Assembly: GCA_963746775.1 (NCBI GenBank)
Contig: CAVVCK010000002.1
Span: forward strand, 367,592 to 431,591
Source: an uncultured bacterium
Lineage (GTDB): Bacteria > Patescibacteriota > JABMPQ01 > CAVVCK01
Reading direction: 5' to 3'
Length of the DNA stretch: 64,000 nt
The notes beneath the pieces are model-generated. The model made no database searches, was not told where the DNA came from, and saw only the letters and a program-made list of their open reading frames with translations. Made by a program: the position numbers and the translations under genes. Within the stretch, counting starts at the first letter, position 1; each line of letters begins with the position of its first letter. This document shows, piece after piece, positions 28,621-38,527 of this stretch.

Positions 28621-28814
28621 GCATAATTTTCCCTTACCATTCTTATGGTAAATGTAGACTATTTGGCTCCACATCTACCTACGAATTTTTTATTTTTGTT
28701 TTTGTTCCTGATATAATCAGGAAAAGAAATAAAGAACGTAATTAGGGAAAACCAATTCCCTACTACGAATAGTAAGAGAGATAAAGTTATAATTTTCTAC
28801 AACTTCGTCTCTTT

Positions 28815-29016
28815 TTATCCACATGTTTTAATGTACTGAGTACAGTATAGCATAAAATTTAGTTTTTCTCAACCACCTTGTGCTTATTTTATTTTTGATT
28901 ATAATTCCCTATTTCTAGCCAACATTAAATAATAAATTATATTTTATTAAAAGTTATCAACATATACACTTTTTATCCACAGTTGATTTTAGCTAAAATT
29001 CTAATAGTTATCCACA
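28815..29016 (+). promoter_or_regulatory. Cluster of three perfect DnaA boxes (TTATCCACA) at 28815-28823, 28974-28982 and 29008-29016
   Basis: Exact 9-mers, all in the same orientation, in an AT-rich intergenic region. The last box ends 7 bp before the helicase ATG. Confidence 0.5.
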
Positions 29017-29022
29017 ATTTTT

Positions 29023-30486
29023 ATGTTTAATCTTTTAAAAAATCTAGATTCAGGTCAAAGGGAAGCAGTAATATCTTCTAGTAAACATATTTTATGCCTA
29101 GCTGGTGCTGGATCAGGTAAAACTAGAGTCTTAACTAGTCGTATCTATTATTTAGTCTATAAATTAAATATAAACCCAGAAAATATTTTAGCTATTACTT
29201 TCACTAAAAATGCAAGTATAGAAATGAAAGAACGGCTAAAATCACTTAAAATAGATATTAACAAAATCTGGTGTAAAACATTCCATAGTACTTCCTATTA
29301 TATTTTGAAAGAAATAAACGCAAAAGGTTCTTTAAATATACTAAATGAAGCTAAACAAGATGGAATTTTACAATATATAATTAAAAAACTATCCGAAAAT
29401 AAAGAATTCTCCTATAAAATGGCTAGATTCAAAGAAGAAAATAATTGGCCGGATTATTTATTTCATGAAGAGGTGCTCAAAATAATTCATGAATGTAAAA
29501 ATTACTCTATTTCACCCCAAGAAATAGTAAAAAGGTGTAAAAGAGAAAGGAATCAAGATACTTTAGAATTTTATAGGCTTTTTTATGTAATTTATTTAAA
29601 ATACTGCCAGTTTATGACTCAGAATAAGTTTTATGATTTTTCTGATTTAATCTTAAAATCAATCAAATTACTTAAAAACAATCCTAAATTATTAAAATAT
29701 TATAAACATAAATTTAAATATATTCTTGTTGATGAATTTCAAGATGTAAATTATCCTCAAGTTCAATTAATATCCCTGTTAAAAGGTAAAAATAACAATT
29801 TATTTGCTGTTGGTGATGACTGGCAATCTATTTATGGCTGGAGAGGGTCAGATGTTAGTTTTATCTTAAAATTTAAAAAAATATTTAAAGAAAATAATAA
29901 AGTTATAACTCTCCCCTACAATTACAGATCCGATAGCTATATTGTTAGAGCTGCTTCTAAGTTTATTTATAAAAACAGATATCAATGCAAAAAGAAAATA
30001 AAGTCCCATCATCCAAAATTAAACAAAATAAAAATATTTAGAGGTAAAAACGAAGAAGATAATATATTATTTGTAACAAAAGCTATAAAAAAGATTATTA
30101 AACATGGTATTTCTCCAGATAATATTATGATTTTAGGTAGAAATTGGAAAAATCTTAATATTTATATAAAAAATTTACCAAAACTAAACTTGAAAAATAT
30201 AAAAATAAATACTATTCATGGCTCTAAAGGATTAGAAAGTGATATAATTTTCTTAGTCGGCCTTTATCGCGGCCGAGGCGGATTCCCTTATATTAAAGAA
30301 GACCATGAAATAATGAAAGTAATCAAAAAAACACCTCTCAAACTTCGGCTAGAAGAAGAAAGAAGGTGTTTTTATGTGGGTATGACTCGTGCCCGTAAGC
30401 TTTTGTTTCTAATTACAGAAAAAGATCATGAATCACGGTTTATTGGAGAAATACCGAGAAGATATTGTAAGGAAGTTAGTAAATAA
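29023..30486 (+). CDS. Compact UvrD/Rep/PcrA-family superfamily-1 DNA helicase
   Basis: 487 aa; AGAGSGKT (Walker A), VDEFQDVN (motif II), GDDWQSIYGWRG (III), NYRS (IV), TIHGSKGLESD (V), YVGMTRAR (VI). Confidence 0.8.
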   Translation: MFNLLKNLDSGQREAVISSSKHILCLAGAGSGKTRVLTSRIYYLVYKLNINPENILAITFTKNASIEMKERLKSLKIDINKIWCKTFHSTSYYILKEINAKGSLNILNEAKQDGILQYIIKKLSENKEFSYKMARFKEENNWPDYLFHEEVLKIIHECKNYSISPQEIVKRCKRERNQDTLEFYRLFYVIYLKYCQFMTQNKFYDFSDLILKSIKLLKNNPKLLKYYKHKFKYILVDEFQDVNYPQVQLISLLKGKNNNLFAVGDDWQSIYGWRGSDVSFILKFKKIFKENNKVITLPYNYRSDSYIVRAASKFIYKNRYQCKKKIKSHHPKLNKIKIFRGKNEEDNILFVTKAIKKIIKHGISPDNIMILGRNWKNLNIYIKNLPKLNLKNIKINTIHGSKGLESDIIFLVGLYRGRGGFPYIKEDHEIMKVIKKTPLKLRLEEERRCFYVGMTRARKLLFLITEKDHESRFIGEIPRRYCKEVSK

Positions 30487-30611
30487 CAACGGTTTCAATA
30501 AGACATTTACTAAAAATATCCAATTTCTAATATCTAATAACAAGTAATTTTTTGAAATTTAACATTTGTCATTTGAATTTTTGTTAGAAATTAGAGATTG
30601 GTAATTGGAAA

Positions 30612-31535
30612 TTATTTCAATCCATCTTTATAATAATCCGCTGCACTCTCTGGCGTAATCGGATTAATCACTACTCCTGACCCTATCTCTATCCCCGCCC
30701 AAGTACTGCCTCTGGGAATTACTTTCATATACAAATGTTGGTCTTCATCATGAATTACTTGATGAAAATAATAATTATAAGGAAGTCCTAGCTTTTTTAT
30801 TTTCCTTAAAATATGTTTTAGAATTTTAGCAAAAGAATATTGCTCTTCTTTATTTAGATTAGTTACATTATCAAGATGCCTAATTGGCATAATCCAAATT
30901 TCATAGTTATGCATAGAAGCATAAGGGCAAAAAGCAATCACGTGTTCATCTCTATAAACCATCCTAGGACCTTTTAATTCCGATATGATGGTATCACAAT
31001 AAACACAAGTTCCATATTTTAACTTATATTCCTGCATTTTCTGTGATTTATCCAGTAAATGCGGAGGAAGAAAGCTAGTAGCAAAAATTTGCGAATGAGG
31101 ATGAAGTAGAGATGCTCCGGCTGTTTTACCACTATTTTTAAAAATTAAAATATATTCTATTTTTTCATCTCTCGATATTTCCTTTGTCCTTTTACTATAA
31201 ACTTTTAAAATCTTAGCTATATGTTCTATAGAGTGTTTTTCTAAATCATTAGCATGATCAACTGTCTCTACTACTATTTCCTGATATCCATAAGCCCTAG
31301 AATTATTCTCTGTTACTGCTGGAAATTTATTAGGAATAACTACTACTCGGTCTTTTCCAGAACCGGAAACTAATAACTTTTTAGCTTTTTTCAAATTTTC
31401 CTGGCAAAAAGGACATAATTTTTTGGCTTCTTTTAATTTTGTTTCACCTGTTTGATGTGGCCTCTTAGCTCTTCCTGGAGCTACTATGACATATTTATCT
31501 TGAATATAGTCTTTGCGAATTTCACTGTTTGGCAT
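30612..31535 (-). CDS. galT: Galactose-1-phosphate uridylyltransferase
   Basis: 307 aa; CPFC zinc site and HPHSQ active-site motif. Confidence 0.75.
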   Translation of the reverse strand: MPNSEIRKDYIQDKYVIVAPGRAKRPHQTGETKLKEAKKLCPFCQENLKKAKKLLVSGSGKDRVVVIPNKFPAVTENNSRAYGYQEIVVETVDHANDLEKHSIEHIAKILKVYSKRTKEISRDEKIEYILIFKNSGKTAGASLLHPHSQIFATSFLPPHLLDKSQKMQEYKLKYGTCVYCDTIISELKGPRMVYRDEHVIAFCPYASMHNYEIWIMPIRHLDNVTNLNKEEQYSFAKILKHILRKIKKLGLPYNYYFHQVIHDEDQHLYMKVIPRGSTWAGIEIGSGVVINPITPESAADYYKDGLK

Positions 31536-31931
31536 GTTTTTATTTATTTATTCGATTTATTTTTTATTTCTAGAAGAAACCCAATTTTCTAATTTATCTT
31601 TATCCCAAAGGTTTACTAAATTTTCTGGTTTTATGCCTGCTTTTCTAACCCTATAGATTCTTCTAATATATCTTATTAAAGTTGAAGGTGATAAAGGATA
31701 TTTATCTATTTCCTTGCCATTAGTTGATCTCATTTTTTCCGTTATTAGTAACTCATCATGTATTTCCCTTAATTTTTTACTCCCTTTTAATTCTTCTAAT
31801 TCTCTCCTCTGGAATGAAGATGAATGAAACCTCTGGCATTACTTGTTCGCTACTCTCTATTTTCTTTATTGTCTTCAGCTTCAAAGCTGGCAGTTTCTGA
31901 TTTTAAATACCTACCTTAAGTTTCCATAAAA

Positions 31932-33098
31932 TTACTTAGATTTATTTATTACTGAATTAAAAATCTTTAAATGTTTTCTTGCTACTTTCTCCCAAGTTGT
32001 TTTTCGTCCAAATGCATAGGCTTTTTTTTCTATTTTCTTATGTATGTTTGGATGATCTAAAATATAATTTACCTTTTTTGCTATATCTTTGGAATCATTA
32101 AAATTTACTAGAAACCCGCGTAAATTTTTTCCAATCATTTCTTTGGCATAAATATAAGGAGTTGATACTACGCATCTGCCACAAGCAATTGCATAGGCCA
32201 ATGTTCCCGAAGAAACTTGCGCAGCCCCCTTGTAAGGTGTTAAATAAATATCAGATGCCTGAAAATAATTTATTAGTTCCCTCTCAGTTAAATATTTATT
32301 AACCCGCATAATATATTTATCCACTTTTAGCTCTTTAGCTCTTAACATTGTTTTCTTCAAATATTTATCAACTTCTTTTTTCCTTGATGGATGAATAGCA
32401 CCAATTATTAAGTAAACAATATTTTTATGTTTTTTAACTACATAAGGTAATGCTTCAATTACTAAATCAATACCTTTGTGTGAATTAATTAAGCCAATTG
32501 ATGATAAAACCTTTTTATTGCTTAATTTTAACTTATCTTTTATTCTATTTTGATTAATATATTTAACCTGAGGCGTACCATGATATATAACTTTTAACTT
32601 ATTTTTAGAAATTCCAGTTTCATCTATTAAAGTTTTTTTGGCTAACCCAGTTGTTAAAATAATTTTTCTACAGTATTTTGAAAATTTTTTTAACAGCTCA
32701 ATTCTTGACTTTTTTCTCCTGGCTTCTTTTGTTATTGGTACAGTATGAAGCGACATTACTATGGGTACTTTTAAATTTTTTAATAATTGTATTAATAATC
32801 TGCCATCATGTTTTCCAAAAATCCCAAACTCATGCTGAATATAAACTAAATCAGCCCCAGAATTATTAATATACTTAGCAGCCTCACGATAAGAACTAAT
32901 TTTTTCTTTCTCTATTATTCTTTTTACTTCTTTCGGGTATTTTTTTTTAAATTTATCAATTGCTAATATAGAAATATTTACTTTAGGATTTACTTTACTT
33001 AAAGCTATGAACAAATTTCTGGCATAGGTGGCAATTCCACATTCTTTTGGTGGATAAGTAGAAATCATAATAATATTAAATTTTTGCTTTTCTACCAT
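31932..33098 (-). CDS. Glycosyltransferase family 4 (tandem paralog 1)
   Basis: 388 aa; N-terminal STYPPKECGIATYARNL; C-terminal GT-B (Glycos_transf_1-like) region. Confidence 0.65.
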   Translation of the reverse strand: MVEKQKFNIIMISTYPPKECGIATYARNLFIALSKVNPKVNISILAIDKFKKKYPKEVKRIIEKEKISSYREAAKYINNSGADLVYIQHEFGIFGKHDGRLLIQLLKNLKVPIVMSLHTVPITKEARRKKSRIELLKKFSKYCRKIILTTGLAKKTLIDETGISKNKLKVIYHGTPQVKYINQNRIKDKLKLSNKKVLSSIGLINSHKGIDLVIEALPYVVKKHKNIVYLIIGAIHPSRKKEVDKYLKKTMLRAKELKVDKYIMRVNKYLTERELINYFQASDIYLTPYKGAAQVSSGTLAYAIACGRCVVSTPYIYAKEMIGKNLRGFLVNFNDSKDIAKKVNYILDHPNIHKKIEKKAYAFGRKTTWEKVARKHLKIFNSVINKSK

Positions 33099-33104
33099 AT
33101 TCTT

Positions 33105-34292
33105 TTATTTCCTAACTATTTTTAAGAATAATTTAACATACTTATTTGCCACCTCTTCCCAAATCATTGTTTGTCCATAATGATATGCTTTTTCTTCTAT
33201 TATCTTTTTTTGTTTTGGATGTGAAAATAAATAATCTACTGCTTTATAAATTTGCAGAGAATTTCTAAAATTAATTAATATCCCTCTGCCTTCTGACAAA
33301 ACATCTTTGGCATATAAAAATTTTGTTGAGATAATTGCCTTACCACAACCTAACGCGTAAGAAACAACTCCGCTACTTGTCTGTTCTGGTACAAGATACG
33401 GTGTTATAAATATATCTGACGCTAGTAAGTAACGAATAATTTCTTTATATGTTAAATATTGCTCATAAAAAATAATATTGTTACTTAGCTTTAATTTTTT
33501 TACTTCTTTCTGTAAAAATTTATAATAACCTCTCGGTCTTCCTGGATGAGACTCACCCAATATTAAAAAAATAGTTTCTGGATACTTTTTCAATATTTTT
33601 GGCATAGCATAAATTACATATTCTAAACCCTTTTTTTGTCTAATTAAACCAAACGTTGAGATAAGCTTGTTATTTTTAAAACCTATTTTTTTCTTATATT
33701 TTACGACATTTTGTTTTGCTATATATGGCAACCCATGTGGAATAACTATTACTTTATTACTTGATACTTTATATTTATAAACTAACAAATCTTTTACTGG
33801 CTGAATCATTACTACAATTTTTTTTGAGTATTTGGCAATTTCTTTTGTGATTTTAATAAAATTTTTATCAACAATTTCAAATTTGTGTGGTTTTTTTTGA
33901 AAAGAATAAACCATATGCATTGTTGTCACACATGGTTTTTTTAACCTTTTTAAAAACTCTAATATTAATTCTCCATTATGCCCACCAAAAAGACTAAAAA
34001 CATGTTGTAAGCTGACAATATCAATCTTTGGATCATTATTGATAATTTTTGCAGCATTTATATAATCATTTTTATTATCTTGTCTTACTACCTTTATAAC
34101 TCGTGAAGAATATTTTCGTCTTTTCTTCGGTTCATCAATCGCCACAATATAAAAAGTAACTTTTGGTAAATTTTTTTTTACTGCTTCCTTTAAGGCCGTG
34201 GTAAAAGTTGCCATTCCACATTCTCTTGGTGGATAAGAAGAAAAGAAACAAACTCCAATTCTTTTATTTTTTAACTTTTTGATTAAATTCAT
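33105..34292 (-). CDS. Glycosyltransferase family 4 (tandem paralog 2)
   Basis: 395 aa; SSYPPRECGMATFTTAL; paralog of 31932..33098. Confidence 0.65.
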   Translation of the reverse strand: MNLIKKLKNKRIGVCFFSSYPPRECGMATFTTALKEAVKKNLPKVTFYIVAIDEPKKRRKYSSRVIKVVRQDNKNDYINAAKIINNDPKIDIVSLQHVFSLFGGHNGELILEFLKRLKKPCVTTMHMVYSFQKKPHKFEIVDKNFIKITKEIAKYSKKIVVMIQPVKDLLVYKYKVSSNKVIVIPHGLPYIAKQNVVKYKKKIGFKNNKLISTFGLIRQKKGLEYVIYAMPKILKKYPETIFLILGESHPGRPRGYYKFLQKEVKKLKLSNNIIFYEQYLTYKEIIRYLLASDIFITPYLVPEQTSSGVVSYALGCGKAIISTKFLYAKDVLSEGRGILINFRNSLQIYKAVDYLFSHPKQKKIIEEKAYHYGQTMIWEEVANKYVKLFLKIVRK

Positions 34293-34304
34293 ACTTATAA
34301 ATAT

Positions 34305-35306
34305 TTATATTTTGTCCCCCTTTATTGCTTCTAGAATTTCTGATAATTTGCATGAAGCTACTCCAACAACCGTATCCGCTCCTCCATAATAAACAAGCAA
34401 ATTATCATCTACAACCACCGCACCACAAGTAAAAACAACTTTGGGAATTAATCCTTCTATCTCATATTTTTCTTGGGGTTCTAAAATAAATCCCTTTGAT
34501 CTATAAATAATTTTCTCAGGATTATTCTTATCAATTAAAATAACACCTAATCTATATTTTCTTTCGCAGTCTATTGTTCCATAACCAGTCTTTACTTGGC
34601 GTCCAAGAGAACTCATTTTATCTACTCCATGATATATAAAAAGCCAACCTATGTCAGTTTTTATAGGAGGAGCACCTGCCCCAATTTTAAATCCATCCCA
34701 TTTACCTTTCCTTGTAGAAATTATTTTTTTATGCCCTCTCCATAAAGGTCTCTCTAAACTTTTAGAATAAGCTACGTAAATATTTGGTTCAATCCTATAA
34801 TAACAAACATAATAGCCATTAATTTTTTCAGGAAACAAAACTCCATTTTTATCTGGTGCATCAACTTCCGGAAGAAAAATTCCATGTTTTTCCCAATTCA
34901 AAAAATCTTTAGTTGAAGCCATAGCAATATTAACTCTCTCCTCTTTCATTATAGTTTCCGTTTGTTTTTTTCTTCCAAAGTAAGCTGTATACAATAAATA
35001 GTATTTACCACCTATCTCAGTAATTCTTGGATCTTCACAACCAGCTGGCTCATACCACTCCGTAGGTCCAAACACCGGATTTTCATATCTTTTTTCTAAA
35101 GTTACTCCATCTTTCTTAAAAATAGCATAACCAAGTCTAGAAATTAAAACATCACCAAATTTATCTTCTCCTCTTGCTCTATAAATAACATGAATTTTAT
35201 TGTCTTTATAAATTACCGCTGGATTAAAAACCATCTTTGATTCCCAAGAATGCTTTTTAATTGGCTTTAAAATTGGATTTTTAGAATATCTTTCTAGCTT
35301 AAACAT
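34305..35306 (-). CDS. Glycoside hydrolase family 130-like (beta-mannoside phosphorylase-like)
   Basis: 333 aa; five-bladed beta-propeller GH130/DUF377-type motifs (VFNPAV, YRARGED, GCEDPRI, YYGGAD). Confidence 0.6.
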   Translation of the reverse strand: MFKLERYSKNPILKPIKKHSWESKMVFNPAVIYKDNKIHVIYRARGEDKFGDVLISRLGYAIFKKDGVTLEKRYENPVFGPTEWYEPAGCEDPRITEIGGKYYLLYTAYFGRKKQTETIMKEERVNIAMASTKDFLNWEKHGIFLPEVDAPDKNGVLFPEKINGYYVCYYRIEPNIYVAYSKSLERPLWRGHKKIISTRKGKWDGFKIGAGAPPIKTDIGWLFIYHGVDKMSSLGRQVKTGYGTIDCERKYRLGVILIDKNNPEKIIYRSKGFILEPQEKYEIEGLIPKVVFTCGAVVVDDNLLVYYGGADTVVGVASCKLSEILEAIKGDKI

Positions 35307-35344
35307 TTGTTATTGTTTTTAGTAGCAAAATTAATACATAAAAA

Positions 35345-35375
35345 TTAAAGCTGTCTTTTCAAAAAACAGCTTTAA
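35345..35375 (-). terminator. Hairpin ttaaagctgt...acagctttaa downstream of murF
   Basis: 10-bp-arm inverted repeat with an A/T-rich loop. Confidence 0.4.
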
Positions 35376-35422
35376 TTTAAAGTTCTCGTTATATTTTAGC
35401 ACATTTTAGCTCAATAGTCTAG

Positions 35423-36652
35423 CTAAGATATAGTTTTATCTTCAAATTTATCAATAATTTTTTTCATCTCCATGCCATTAGATCCTTTAACCAAAACTAT
35501 AGTATTTGATTTAATATCCTTCGAAAGATACTCGGCTGCTTTCTCTGAGTTTTCAAACCATTTTAAGTTTCCCACATCAAAATTACTCTTTTTAGCTTCA
35601 TCTATAATATATTTTGAATTTTCTCCTACACAAATAATTTGATTAGCTATTTCTGCTGCTTTTTTGCCAACTTCTCGATGCCCTTCTTCAGTATAATCAC
35701 CTAATTCTAGCATATCACCCAATACTGCTATTTTATATTTATTTTTACCTAACATTTCTAAATTTTCTAAGGCAGCAGTGCATGATACTGGATTAGAATT
35801 ATAAGAATCATTTATTAAAGTAATATCTTTGTTCTTTTTTTTAATAATATTACCTCTATTTTTAATTGAATTTAATTTTCTAACATTAATTATTATTTCT
35901 TTCCATTCTAAATTGAAAACAAATCCACAAGCAATAGCTGCTAAAACTGAATAAATCATTATCATATTGAAAATACCTGGAATTTCAACGAAAGAATAAT
36001 TTTTTTTATAATGTAGAATAAATTGTAATCCATTCTCTGTAACTTTAACTTTTTCCGCCCAAACATCGGCTTTTGGATTTAATCCATAATACAATACTTT
36101 AGCCTTTGTAAAATCTTTCATCTGCCTAATATAATCATCATCATAATTCAATATGGCTGTTCCTTCTTTTGGTAATTCTTCAACTAAAATTTGTTTCTGC
36201 TTGGTTATTTCTTCTATTGAGCCAAAATATTCAATATGAGAAGGAGCTATTTTCGTTACTATGCCAATTTTAGGCCTAGTCATATTGGTAAAATGACGAA
36301 TACCTCCCTTTTTTCTCATTGTGGAGATTTCTAAAATTAATATTTTAGGAAATTTAATGTTTCCAAAAAGTATTTTAAATATATGAGGTATTTGAGAAAT
36401 AAATTTTGTAATTGTATTACAAATATCAATACGTAACACTTCTGCAGGTAGAGATAAGCTGGTGTTGCGTGTTAATCTTGTTTCTAAAACATCATATTTT
36501 GAAGTTAGAATATTTTTTATATATTCTTTTGTTGATGTTTTTCCTACACTCCCTGTAATATTTATTACAAATGGCTTATATTTTATTAAAACCATTCTAA
36601 CTGTTACATATAATAAATATTCTAAAATAATTCTTCTTATGTGTTTAATCAT
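35423..36652 (-). CDS. murF: UDP-N-acetylmuramoyl-tripeptide--D-alanyl-D-alanine ligase
   Basis: 409 aa; Mur ligase P-loop ITGSVGKTSTKE and the MurF-typical NDSYNSNP. Confidence 0.7.
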   Translation of the reverse strand: MIKHIRRIILEYLLYVTVRMVLIKYKPFVINITGSVGKTSTKEYIKNILTSKYDVLETRLTRNTSLSLPAEVLRIDICNTITKFISQIPHIFKILFGNIKFPKILILEISTMRKKGGIRHFTNMTRPKIGIVTKIAPSHIEYFGSIEEITKQKQILVEELPKEGTAILNYDDDYIRQMKDFTKAKVLYYGLNPKADVWAEKVKVTENGLQFILHYKKNYSFVEIPGIFNMIMIYSVLAAIACGFVFNLEWKEIIINVRKLNSIKNRGNIIKKKNKDITLINDSYNSNPVSCTAALENLEMLGKNKYKIAVLGDMLELGDYTEEGHREVGKKAAEIANQIICVGENSKYIIDEAKKSNFDVGNLKWFENSEKAAEYLSKDIKSNTIVLVKGSNGMEMKKIIDKFEDKTIS

Positions 36653-36658
36653 GAACTT

Positions 36659-37552
36659 TTAAATATGAACTTGATATTTATTTTTAGCCTTTTTTATCAA
36701 ATATTCAACCATCCTATCGTTAATATCATATTTTAGATCTTCTATTATAGGAACAAAATTAAGAGGAAAATTAACTTCAAAAATCTTTAAATTACCACTT
36801 TTATCATAAACAAAATCCACTGCTCCTAATTCTATATCTAGGGTTGATACAGCCTTTACTAATATTTTTTCATCTTCTTTTGGTAATTTTATTATTTCTC
36901 TTTTTCTTGTAGTTTGGTCAACATTAGACCTAAAATCATCACTAGAACTGACATTAGTATTTTTATAAGCAATTTCTAATTTATCACCTAAAATCACAGC
37001 CCTATTTGAATAAGAAGGTTTTCCAATATCAATAAATTCTCTTATTACCAGCTCATCAACATTTTCCGATCTCAAATAATCCACTACTGAAAAAAGAGAT
37101 GATAATGAATCTATTTTAAGAACTCCTACACCGCAACTACCGCCTACGACTTTCAAAATAACAGGAAAACCACCTACATAATCAACATATTTTTTTAGTA
37201 AATCCCGATTTTCACTTAAGTCAAATATTGTTTTGGGCACAGGAACATTCTCCTTTTGATGAACAAAAAAAGAAGTAGGATATTTAGAAATTGATCTTTT
37301 ATAATCTTTATAAAATGTAGTTAGTTCTTTGCTTAACAGAAATTTCTCTAGCGTTTGACATCTCTTTGCAATATATGGTCTATATAACATATCGCCCTTT
37401 TCTATTTTAATATTATTAGTATAGTCATAGGTTTCAATATAGAGCTCATGAAAATCTACTTTTAATTTTTCACAGGAAGATCTTAAATATTCAACTATTT
37501 CGGGTTTTGTATTTTTTTTGCATATACAATAAAATTTCATTTTTTTATACAT
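36659..37552 (-). CDS. RimK-like ATP-grasp ligase (tandem paralog 1)
   Basis: 297 aa; GGFPVILKVVGGSCGVGVLKIDS and EVNFP ATP-grasp motifs. The Ddl alternative was considered but the N-terminal Ddl motifs are absent. Confidence 0.55.
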   Translation of the reverse strand: MYKKMKFYCICKKNTKPEIVEYLRSSCEKLKVDFHELYIETYDYTNNIKIEKGDMLYRPYIAKRCQTLEKFLLSKELTTFYKDYKRSISKYPTSFFVHQKENVPVPKTIFDLSENRDLLKKYVDYVGGFPVILKVVGGSCGVGVLKIDSLSSLFSVVDYLRSENVDELVIREFIDIGKPSYSNRAVILGDKLEIAYKNTNVSSSDDFRSNVDQTTRKREIIKLPKEDEKILVKAVSTLDIELGAVDFVYDKSGNLKIFEVNFPLNFVPIIEDLKYDINDRMVEYLIKKAKNKYQVHI

Positions 37553-37616
37553 TATTTTATTTATATAATAATTTTGTTCTCAATTCAAAGATTACAAATA
37601 TTATGCTTTTACATCT

Positions 37617-38510
37617 TTATCTTTTTTGTTTTTTAAAAACACTAATAGCATAATCAAAAAGATGCTCTGTTGGACTTATGCCAGTATACTTTCTAAATCC
37701 ACCAAACCCTGGACAGTTTTCTATTTCTAAAACATATACTCTATTTTTATATTTTAATAAATCAACCCCCAATACATCATTTTTTGTTACTTTAGCTAAT
37801 TTTTCTGCAATATTTTTCATCTCTTTGCTTAATTTTGCCTTTTCGCCTGATCCACCTTGATGTAAATTACCTCTAAAATCATTCTTCGCTGCTATTCTTT
37901 TATAAACTCCTAATACTTTATACCCAACTACTAAAACTCTATAATTACTTCTTACTGGAATGTATTCTTGTATTAGCAATCCTGTTTTTGATTTAAAATA
38001 ATTTTTGAATTTATTAGCATCCTTTTCGCTAGTTAATTTTTCTACTTCTTTACCCATCCAGCCATGAGGATCTTTTATTATCACAGGAAGTTTTACATTT
38101 TCTATTATATTTTTAAAGCAGAAATAGCTATTTACAATATATGTTTTAGGATGATTTAACTTTAATTTTTTTAAGATATTAATAAAGCTCACTTTATCCG
38201 AATTAGTCCTACCATCACAAAAACTCTGGTTGATTACTATTTTTTTATTTTTATCTAAATATTTTGCTAAAAAATATATTTCTTCCACAAAACTTTTCAA
38301 GTCTGGTCTAAAAATAAAAACATCATAGTCTAATAAATTATGTTTACAACAATAGACATTCAGACTACCATTGTCCCATTTACAGACAATATCTTCCATA
38401 AAAAATAGATTTACAGAAATATTTAATTTCCTTCTTTTAATAATATTGTCTATGTCTTTATATAAAGTGGCTTTGGGAAACTGTTTTAAACCAATTGTAG
38501 CAATCTTCAT
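37617..38510 (-). CDS. RimK-like ATP-grasp ligase (tandem paralog 2)
   Basis: 297 aa; LPVIIKDPHGWMGKEV and LEIENCPGFGGFRKYTG resemble the RimK C-terminal LEVNSSPGLEGIEKATG. Confidence 0.55.
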   Translation of the reverse strand: MKIATIGLKQFPKATLYKDIDNIIKRRKLNISVNLFFMEDIVCKWDNGSLNVYCCKHNLLDYDVFIFRPDLKSFVEEIYFLAKYLDKNKKIVINQSFCDGRTNSDKVSFINILKKLKLNHPKTYIVNSYFCFKNIIENVKLPVIIKDPHGWMGKEVEKLTSEKDANKFKNYFKSKTGLLIQEYIPVRSNYRVLVVGYKVLGVYKRIAAKNDFRGNLHQGGSGEKAKLSKEMKNIAEKLAKVTKNDVLGVDLLKYKNRVYVLEIENCPGFGGFRKYTGISPTEHLFDYAISVFKKQKR

Positions 38511-38527
38511 ATTACATTGTTTGTTAT

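Noticed and set aside
36462-36662. Plus-strand 66-aa ORF at the murF / ATP-grasp junction
   Set aside because: Antisense overlap; hydrophobic low-complexity translation.
36659-38510. D-Ala-D-Ala ligase (ddl) call for the two 297-aa ATP-grasp genes next to murF
   Set aside because: The N-terminal Ddl signature is not found, and the C-terminal ExN..PG region resembles RimK more closely. Kept as RimK-like, with Ddl as a stated alternative.
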